The position numbers and the translations under genes were made by a program. From assembly GCA_000002445.1 (NCBI GenBank), contig CM000208.1, positions 3,584,001-3,648,000 on the forward strand: a DNA stretch of 64,000 bases. The letters run 5' to 3'. The number at the start of each line of letters is the position of its first letter. The stretch's first letter is position 1. Below the pieces are notes generated by a model that was given only the letters and a program-made list of their open reading frames with translations, searched no databases and was not told the DNA's origin. This document shows positions 32,801 to 40,757 of this stretch, piece by piece. The stretch is from Trypanosoma brucei (taxonomy: Eukaryota).

Positions 32801-33496
32801 ATGGTGGTCATACATAGTGGACTTGTAACTCCCGTATTGGAAATTATGTCACTAGTTAAGCCGTTACCTTTTGATGTGGATGTGTTGTTGGATGAACATC
32901 CCGATATGACAGTTTATCATCGCCCTCCATTGCGGAGCCGTGGTAGTGGAAGTAAATATATTTGCAATCATCATCCTGTTGAATTGCTTTCTTATGAAGT
33001 GTACTTGTGTGATACGGAAGATGAACCAGTTGTCGATTTTGAAGTGGATAATCAAATTGTCGTACGATATCAACTTAACCCGTATTGTGCTGCTTCAGAG
33101 TTTCCATTTCCTCGTGTGTTTGGAAATACAATCTACCGTAACCAAAGACCTTACCTCCGTCCTGCGTATGTGGAAGTTGCACATGGCTCTGGCGGTTGTT
33201 GTTTCAATGGTAGCGGATCATCATATGGCATTAATGTTTGTGTGGCTCCCACTGATATTTTTGCTGGTTTCCCTCGCTCCAATAATGGTGATGATGCTGT
33301 TATTTACTCTACGGTACCCCACATCAGGAAACTCCTACAGCGGCCCTTTTCCCCCTTTATGGAATGTGGTCCCTTAATTGCGGATGATGTTTTCTTTCAT
33401 TGGGATACCCTTGGTTTGCTTAGTTTGACTGATACGTGTGATTTGGGCATGTTCACAATTGAGGGTGTGTGTGGTGTATCCTCACATATTATGTAA
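32801..33496 (+). CDS. Tandem-array gene copy 1: Cys-rich hypothetical protein (231 aa)
   Basis: Intact ORF preserved in all three units. This copy carries the divergent mid-cassette ASEFPFPRVFGNTIYRNQRP. Confidence 0.75.
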   Translation: MVVIHSGLVTPVLEIMSLVKPLPFDVDVLLDEHPDMTVYHRPPLRSRGSGSKYICNHHPVELLSYEVYLCDTEDEPVVDFEVDNQIVVRYQLNPYCAASEFPFPRVFGNTIYRNQRPYLRPAYVEVAHGSGGCCFNGSGSSYGINVCVAPTDIFAGFPRSNNGDDAVIYSTVPHIRKLLQRPFSPFMECGPLIADDVFFHWDTLGLLSLTDTCDLGMFTIEGVCGVSSHIM

Positions 33497-33999
33497 TTTG
33501 CACTGAAATGCGTCATTACTTAATATGTGAAGGGTGCTATTGTTATTTTATTCCATATATTATTATATCACATGAGTCTCCCGCTACAATCACGTGGCAT
33601 TGTGCTGTGTGTCATCGGGTAGTTTAATATATTTATATATATATATATATTCTTTTTTTCTCCTTCACATAATTATTGTGGACGGTAGTTAATAATGCAG
33701 TATTTTTAATTGATTAGTGTCCTGGGGTTCTTCATCGTATTTGTTGATATGTTTGCTTGTTTGTTTCTATTACTTACATAACTGTTATATATATATATTA
33801 AAATTTTTTCTTACCGTTGTCACTCTTTCATTTTCTTTTCTGCAACCGATTGTTATCATACTTCCTTTGTCTAACTACATCACTAATTGCCACACTCTCG
33901 TACTTTCATCTGTATTGTTTCTCCATTTGCTCTTTCCTTAATTTAGCGCAAACGTCACACACTGTGTTTTGAGAAACTTCTACACTTTGTGAAATTACA

Positions 34000-34692
34000 A
34001 TGGTGGTCATACATAGTGGACTTGTAACTCCCGTATTGGAAATTATGTCACTAGTTAAGCCGTTACCTTTTGATGTGGATGTGTTGTTGGATGAACATCC
34101 CGATATGACAGTTTATCATCGCCCTCCATTGCAGAGCCGTGGTAGTGGAAGTAAATATATTTGCAATCATCATCCTGTTGAATTGCTTTCTTATGAAGTG
34201 TACTTGTGTGATACGGAAGATGAACCAGTTGTCGATTTTGAAGTGAGTAACCGAATTGTCGTACGATATCAACTTAACCCGTATTGTGCTGCTCAACTTT
34301 CACACCTTCGTGGGTTTGAGCCTCTCGTATATCCCTACGAGAGCCGTTACCTCCGTCCTGCGTATGTGGAAGTTGCACATGGCTCTGGCGGTTGTTGTTT
34401 CAATGGTAGCGGATCATCATATGGCATTAATGTTTGTGTGGCTCCCACTGATATTTTTGCTGGTTTCCCTCGCTCCAATAATGGTGATGATGCTGTTATT
34501 TACTCTACGGTACCCCACATCAGGAAACTCCTACAGCGGCCCTTTTCCCCCTTTATGGAATGTGGTCCCTTAATTGCGGATGATGTTTTTGTAAGGTGGG
34601 GAAGTAGCGGTTTGCTTAGTTTGACTGATACGTGTGATTTGGGCATGTTCACAATTGAGGGTGTGTGTGGTGTATCCTCACATGTTATGTAA
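34000..34692 (+). CDS. Tandem-array gene copy 2 (230 aa)
   Basis: Same ORF as copy 1, with mid-cassette AQLSHLRGFEPLVYPYESR and C-terminal variant VFVRWGSSG. Confidence 0.75.
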   Translation: MVVIHSGLVTPVLEIMSLVKPLPFDVDVLLDEHPDMTVYHRPPLQSRGSGSKYICNHHPVELLSYEVYLCDTEDEPVVDFEVSNRIVVRYQLNPYCAAQLSHLRGFEPLVYPYESRYLRPAYVEVAHGSGGCCFNGSGSSYGINVCVAPTDIFAGFPRSNNGDDAVIYSTVPHIRKLLQRPFSPFMECGPLIADDVFVRWGSSGLLSLTDTCDLGMFTIEGVCGVSSHVM

Positions 34693-35207
34693 TTTGCACT
34701 GAAATGCGTCATTACTTAATATGTGAAGGGTGCTATTGTTATTTTATTCCCTTTATTATTATATCACATGAGTCTCCCGCTACAATCACGTGGCATTGTG
34801 CTGTGTGTCATCGGGTAGTTTAATATATTTATATATACATATATATATATTCTTTTTTTCTCCTTCACATAATTATTGTGGACGGTAGTTAATAATGCAG
34901 TATTTTTAATTGATTAGTGTCCTGGGGTTCTTCATCGTATTTGTTGATATGTTTGCTTGTTTGTTTCTATTACTTACATAACTGTTATATATATATATAT
35001 ATATATTAAAATTTTTTCTTACCGTTGTCACTCTTTCATTTTCTTTTCTGCAACCGATTGTTATCATACTTCCTTTGTCTAACTACATCACTAATTGCCA
35101 CACTCTCGTACTTTCATCTGTATTGTTTCTCCATTTGCTCTTTCCTTAAGTTAACGCAAACGTCACACACTGTGTTTTGAGAAACTTCTACACTTTGTGA
35201 AATTACA

Positions 35208-35900
35208 ATGGTGGTCATACATAGTGGACTTGTAACTCCCGTATTGGAAATTATGTCACTAGTTAAGCCGTTACCTTTTGATGTGGATGTGTTGTTGGAT
35301 GAACATCCCGATATGACAGTTTATCATCGCCCTCCATTGCAGAGCCGTGGTAGTGGAAGTAAATATATTTGCAATCATCATCCTGTTGAATTGCTTTCTT
35401 ATGAAGTGTACCTGTGTGATACGGAAGATGAACCAGTTGTCGATTTTGAAGTGAATAACCGAATTGTCGTACGATATCAACTTAACCCGTATTGTGCTGC
35501 TCAACTTTCACACCTTCGTGGGTTTGAGCCTCTCGTATATCCCTACGAGAGCCGTTACCTCCGTCCTGCGTATGTGGAAGTTGCACATGGCTCTGGCGGT
35601 TGTTGTTTCAATGGTAGCGGATCATCATATGGCATTAATGTTTGTGTGGCTCCCACTGATATTTTTGCTGGTTTCCCTCGCTCCAATAATGGTGATGATG
35701 CTGTTATTTACTCTACGGTACCCCACATCAGGAAACTCCTACAGCGGCCCTTTTCCCCCTTTATGGAATGTGGTCCCTTAATTGCGGATGATGTTTTCTT
35801 TCATTGGGATACCCTTGGTTTGCTTAGTTTGACTGATACGTGTGATTTGGGCATGTTCACAATTGAGGGTGTGTGTGGTGTATCCTCACATATTATGTAA
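35208..35900 (+). CDS. Tandem-array gene copy 3 (230 aa)
   Basis: Mid-cassette as in copy 2, C-terminal patch VFFHWDTLG as in copy 1. Confidence 0.75.
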   Translation: MVVIHSGLVTPVLEIMSLVKPLPFDVDVLLDEHPDMTVYHRPPLQSRGSGSKYICNHHPVELLSYEVYLCDTEDEPVVDFEVNNRIVVRYQLNPYCAAQLSHLRGFEPLVYPYESRYLRPAYVEVAHGSGGCCFNGSGSSYGINVCVAPTDIFAGFPRSNNGDDAVIYSTVPHIRKLLQRPFSPFMECGPLIADDVFFHWDTLGLLSLTDTCDLGMFTIEGVCGVSSHIM

Positions 35901-36129
35901 TTTGCACTGAAATGCGTCATTACTTAATATGTGAAGGGTGCTATTGTTATTTTATTCCCTTTATTATTATATCACATGAGTCTCCCGCTACAATCACGTG
36001 GCATTGTGCTGTGTGTCATCGGGTAGTTTAATATATTTATATATACATATATATATATTCTTTTTTTCTCCTTCACATAATTTTTGTGGACGGTAGGTAA
36101 TAATGCAGTATTTTTAATTGATTAGTGTC

Positions 36130-36300
36130 CTGGGTTTCTTTTTTTGTCTTTCTTATTTTTGCTTTTTGTTTTAAAATAAAATTTGATCATTATTTAAGCT
36201 TCCTCAATTGTTCAGTGGTTGGTTGGTTATCGTTTTGGATGATTTGAGGTTGTGTTTTTTTTTTGACCTTTTCTTATTTGAGAAAGGAAAGGTTTGTGTA
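36130..36300 (+). promoter_or_regulatory. Pyrimidine/T-rich tract upstream of RPS13
   Basis: ctgggtttctttttttgtctttcttatttttgctttttgtttt … gttgtgttttttttttgaccttttcttatttgag ends just before the ATG at 36311. Confidence 0.4.
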
Positions 36301-36310
36301 GTTGTAGGCG

Positions 36311-36766
36311 ATGGTGCGCATGCATGGTAATGGTCATGGCAAGGCTGCATCGGCCTTGCCGTACCGCCGGACACCACCGACGTGGTTGAAATCCTCCAGC
36401 CGGGATGTTATCGATGCCGTTTGCAAGTTGGCAAAAAAGGGGCTTTCACCAAGTCGTATTGGCATGCAACTTCGTGACTCGATGGGTATCGCGCAAGTGA
36501 AAAATGTGACGGGCCGCAAAATTTTGCGCATTTTAAAGCACAAGGGCATGGCGCCTGAGATCCCTGAGGATTTGTACTGCTTAATTAAGCGGGCAACTCA
36601 AATGCGTAAACACCTTGAGCGCAACACGAAAGATAAGGATACGAAGTTCCGTCTTATTTTGGTTGAGTCCCGCATTCACCGCCTTGCACGGTATTACAGA
36701 CGTGTGAAGCAACTTCCGCCCACGTGGAAGTACGAGTCCAGCACGGCTTCAGCCATGGTTGCATAA
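36311..36766 (+). CDS. RPS13: 40S ribosomal protein S13 (uS15)
   Basis: [20 protein letters not shown]…[31 protein letters not shown]…[40 protein letters not shown] is a near-invariant S13 sequence. 151 aa. Confidence 0.95.
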   Translation: MVRMHGNGHGKAASALPYRRTPPTWLKSSSRDVIDAVCKLAKKGLSPSRIGMQLRDSMGIAQVKNVTGRKILRILKHKGMAPEIPEDLYCLIKRATQMRKHLERNTKDKDTKFRLILVESRIHRLARYYRRVKQLPPTWKYESSTASAMVA

Positions 36767-37296
36767 GCATTTTTTTTACTTGTGTTTCCTGCCTTGTTGC
36801 TTGCGATCTTTTCCGCTCCCTGACATTTTTATTTTGGTAACTTCTAACTCGCATTTTGTTAATACTCAAAAGTGGGTGACGGTCTATCTTGAGGGTTGCG
36901 TCGACATCTCTTGCATTACCGTTGACTTTGTTCGAGTTATCTTCTCTGCGGTATCTGTTTCCCCACATTCTTCCGTTTGTCTTCTAGTAAGCGTATCTTT
37001 ATTTGTGTTGTTAAGGAGGATCAGTGCTGTGGGAGCGGAGAGAAGTCGTCGAAGTCAAGAAGTAGTGCCACTTTGTGCGAAAAGGTTTTTTTCCATTTTT
37101 TTTTTTTTAAAAAGGAGGCCAAGCACCTGGGTAGTGCGGCTTTTTCGGATTAGACAGAAAGCCGGAAGGGGTAAAGGCGGTATTTGTCACGGTACAACGG
37201 CTTTGAGGTATTGGCCACTTTCCAACTGCCTTTTATCGAATTCGCGAAGCGTGGAATTAGGTTCCCTTCATCTTTTTATTTTTATACTCCTAGAAA

Positions 37297-38064
37297 ATGG
37301 CGTCAAAGGGTTGTTTCATTGCCGTTCTTATAGCACGTACGCATGATCATGTCCCTTTGTGTAGTTTTACCGATGAAAACTACGCCAATTGGAATCAGAT
37401 CAGGCAACAGGAGCAGCGTATTCTTGAGCGAATGGAGTCACCGGCGTCGGTACCAGATTCAGCAGGGACGAGAGGAAGTTACTACCAGAGCTTTGACCAT
37501 AAGGACTGTATTTACTTTGCATTTCAGGATGCGGGGACGGGGTTGACGATTATCACCGTTTTAAACAAACTTCTTTTGCGCAATTCCAGTGACGTTACGT
37601 CGACTAACCATCTTGCGTGTAGTCTGTTAGACATGATCTTCTCTGAGTTTACGCAGGCTTACTCCACATCCGAGATTTCAGCCAGGACAGTTCGTCCCTT
37701 TCAGTTTATAAAATTTGAATCCACTCTAGAAAAACTCATACACCGCGTGCAACGCGAACGACAAAACGATGTTGTTAGCGATTCGCACGGTGGACAGCGA
37801 CGTCAGGTTAATACGCAGTACGATGCAATTAAACAGGAGCTAACAGACGTTCACTTCGTTATGCGCAAGAACTTGGAAGACCTTATGGTGCGTGGGGAGA
37901 AACTTGAGACAATGAATCAGTTTAGCGCCCAGCTGGTGGATGAAAGCTCTCGGTTCTACAAGAAGACGGCTCGCATGAACAGGATGCGTTTGTTAAAACT
38001 GTACGGCCCTCCTGCTGTAGTGATTAGCATTCTAGCTCTCTTCTTCTACCTCTACCTGTTCTAA
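37297..38064 (+). CDS. SEC22: Longin-domain R-SNARE, Sec22-like
   Basis: N-terminal longin fold (CFIAVLIART…) and RPFQFIKFESTLEKLI matching Sec22 RPYSFIEFDTFIQK. The SNARE heptads carry a central Arg (DVHFVMRKNLEDLMVRGEKLETM), followed by a C-terminal TM helix AVVISILALFFYLYLF. Confidence 0.85.
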   Translation: MASKGCFIAVLIARTHDHVPLCSFTDENYANWNQIRQQEQRILERMESPASVPDSAGTRGSYYQSFDHKDCIYFAFQDAGTGLTIITVLNKLLLRNSSDVTSTNHLACSLLDMIFSEFTQAYSTSEISARTVRPFQFIKFESTLEKLIHRVQRERQNDVVSDSHGGQRRQVNTQYDAIKQELTDVHFVMRKNLEDLMVRGEKLETMNQFSAQLVDESSRFYKKTARMNRMRLLKLYGPPAVVISILALFFYLYLF

Positions 38065-38813
38065 CGAAACTGTGTAATTATCGCCACGACAGGTGTTGAT
38101 ATTAGTTTGTGCTTCATCATTCCGTGAGAGTAGCGGGAAGAAACGTCGTTTAATATGGTGGGGTCACTGACTCGGTTTTATGAGTAGAGGGAGTCTGGCG
38201 ATATAAACTCGGTTTTGTGCAATTTCGTTCCAAGTCAGGGAAATCAGAAGGTGTTACTTAATTGATGAAGGCCACTCCGTCATGGATGGCGGTTAAGGTA
38301 AGGTGGAAGTGCCACAAAGAAACCGAAGTGACTGTGAAGGAAGGGAATAAGGAAAGGAAATGTGGGTGTTGTACGATAATGGCACTACTGATACTGAGTT
38401 TTTTTAGTTGTGAAGTCCTCAAAAACGTGCATGTGTATCAATGCCTTTCACATTTATCTTTTTAGCTTAGTGTTTTGTGTGCGCCATCATGTACCGGTTG
38501 GGCCTCTCTGCTATCGTGTTTGAGCTGGTCCCCGTGACAGATAACTTTCTGTCTTCCCTCTCCTCGCTCTGTTCCCTGGTTCGTCATTAACTATTAACCC
38601 CTCCCACAACTGCTAAACTGTGCACTGATAGCCAGTCTCGCCTTTTCGTTGCTCTTGTTGTTTTAGTTTTTTTGGAAAGGAACCGAGCTTTATCAACGGC
38701 AGGAAGAGTTGTTTCGAGCACAGTTAGGAAGGAAAGAAGCATCGTTTTTCTCTTTCTTTTTTCCCCTTTTACCCTCTGGGACAGGAAGAAGAAAGCGTAA
38801 ATACTTGGTCTGT

Positions 38814-39188
38814 ATGTCATTGAGGGAGATTGAACTTGCCCAGGTGCAACCACGGGAGCACCTCCTTCACCCGTGTGATGTGATCCAACGAAGCGCATTT
38901 CAGCGTGACAATGCGGAGCGGTTGCATCGTATACGCACGACACTTGGCTGGGGTGCGGCTGCTGATACCGCTCTTACAGAAACAACGCTCCTCTCGTCTC
39001 GCCGTCTCGGTGCATTGCCAAGCAGCTTTGCGTTATATCACCATTACCGCGGTACCGCGTCGGAGTTGACACCGATGGATATATATGGCCAACCGGAGGA
39101 TGATCCCAACGTGCAACCATCATCCCGATCCGTGGTTGAGAAGCTTGTGTATGGGCATGAGTTGACGATGAAGAACATGGGGATGTAG
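38814..39188 (+). CDS. Small hypothetical protein (124 aa; the ORF is open from 38709, but the upstream part translates a pyrimidine tract)
   Basis: + strand ORF between Sec22 and the Pol subunit gene; start placed at MSLREIE. No recognisable domain. Confidence 0.35.
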   Translation: MSLREIELAQVQPREHLLHPCDVIQRSAFQRDNAERLHRIRTTLGWGAAADTALTETTLLSSRRLGALPSSFALYHHYRGTASELTPMDIYGQPEDDPNVQPSSRSVVEKLVYGHELTMKNMGM

Positions 39189-39683
39189 GATGCAGTGGAA
39201 CCTGATCATTGGGTTTGCTTCGTCCTTCTATTTCGCAATGCATCCCACTCACGTGCTCCGTACCTGAAGCGCGAATGTAGCAAGAGATTCTTACGGTTTT
39301 ATTCGCACCTGCACCGTTTGGGCAATTGCGTTTTAGTTCACCTCATCTTTGGTTGTCCAAACGCTTTTATTTGATACTTCCCTCTTCTTTCCGCGTGGTC
39401 TATACTCGTTTCCTCTGCAGTCAGGAGGGGTCACGTTTGGTCATTACGTTGTTGTTGTCTGGACCCTACCTGCTAGGCTGTTATCACAACGGCTCTAACA
39501 CTTCATATCACTAATCCATTATTTTTCCTCATCGCTTCCCCTACTCTTCTTTTCCTTTCTTATGTCCTGCATCACGGGTAACTGATTTTTTTTTTTCGAC
39601 GGCTGGCACCGAATGATCAGGGCATACATTGCCTTCCCTCCCAAAGGCGATCCCACAGTACTGAGGAGAGGAAGCCTCGGTCC

Positions 39684-40064
39684 ATGTTTTTCTGTCCATT
39701 CTGTGGAACGCTACTGTTGATTGAGCCGGCCTATCCGTGCAATCGTTTCTCATGCTCCAGCTGCCGGTACGTCGTGCCAATTCAGTCACGGCGCCCGCTC
39801 ACTATTAATCATTCGTTCCTAAAGTACAATAAGGTTGTGGATGATGACGATGAGAAGGGAAGCTCAAATACGGTGAAACGAGGCGTGAAAGAGGAGGAAG
39901 AGGTGGATGGAGGCCAGGTGATTACTGTGCGTTGTCAGAATGATGAGAAGCAGTGCGATGGCGACCGGGCACACTACGTGCAGATACAGATGCGCTCCGC
40001 TGATGAACCGGCAACAACGTTCTTCAAGTGTTTGAAGTGTGGCTTCCAGTGGAAGCAGGATTAG
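39684..40064 (+). CDS. DNA-directed RNA polymerase small subunit with TFIIS-type C-terminal zinc ribbon (RPC11/C11-like or RPA12-like)
   Basis: N-terminal zinc ribbon MFFCPFCGTLL…CSSCRY and C-terminal ribbon CQNDEKQC…RSADEPATTFFKCLKCGFQW. The SADE acidic hairpin is characteristic of the cleavage-competent C11/A12.2 subunits. Confidence 0.8.
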   Translation: MFFCPFCGTLLLIEPAYPCNRFSCSSCRYVVPIQSRRPLTINHSFLKYNKVVDDDDEKGSSNTVKRGVKEEEEVDGGQVITVRCQNDEKQCDGDRAHYVQIQMRSADEPATTFFKCLKCGFQWKQD

Positions 40065-40757
40065 GTCGTCAGTTGCCACGTTAACACACTCCCTAACCCA
40101 ACATTTAAACCCCGTGCAATGCACCTGCGGTTGCGGTTCTGTGGGTTGTAGGAACCGTTGCACCGGTGGATGTCCGACTAGAGGTGTGTGCTTCCGTATT
40201 GGGGTACTCGTAACCGTACCTCATGGTTTTGAAAACTTGTTAACAGGTAGCGCCTGGGGTGACGGGGAGTAGAAGGTGGTATATTGTGGTGGCCGACCCC
40301 ATGCACTACATATTGGGAGAAGAGGCTTGTGATGGTGGGGACAAGGCCTAGTGGCAGAGGGGGGTGCACAAGGGGCTGTTTGCCCGTTTACCGTTATATC
40401 CTCAGTTTTAATTGTATATATATATTTTGCTATTTCGCTCTGTTTCCTTGTTTTTTTCTTCGTTCACTTGCAGTAAGTTGTCTATTTCTTTTGTTTTTCT
40501 TGCTTTTACGGTGAAGCTAGCGTAGTAGGTTCGTTTGTACTGTACAGGGAGAAAGGGGCTGCGCAACGGCTGTCGCAGGTGCGCGGTAGGTCGTTCTAAG
40601 GGCAGGAAACCCCATCGATAGTGGTAGTTGAGGGGGAAAGGAAGCAGAAAAAGGGAAGCCAAGGGCGGCTGCGTGGATTCGTTTTGCTTCATTAGTTTTT
40701 ACAGCCCTTTACCCTTTCCAACAGGCTTGGTATTCTCCAATTGACCTCTCGTAGCCA

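Larger units (their letters stand above)
32683..36140 (+). repeat. Tandem array of three ~1.2 kb units (period 1201/1207 bp), each carrying one ~230-aa gene plus conserved flanks
   Basis: The motif ctaattgccacactctcgtactttcatctgtattgtttctccatttgc recurs at 32683, 33884 and 35091. Coding and 3' flank sequences are near-identical between units, including an (AT)n tract and the taataatgcagtatttttaattgattagtgtcctgg element. Confidence 0.9.

Noticed and set aside
32683-36140. Possibility that the tandem array is a transposable element or satellite
   Set aside because: Each unit contains an intact conserved ORF with an upstream pyrimidine tract like ordinary genes. No terminal repeats, poly(A) tails, target-site duplications or RT/endonuclease-like coding were seen. 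A tandem gene array is the better interpretation.
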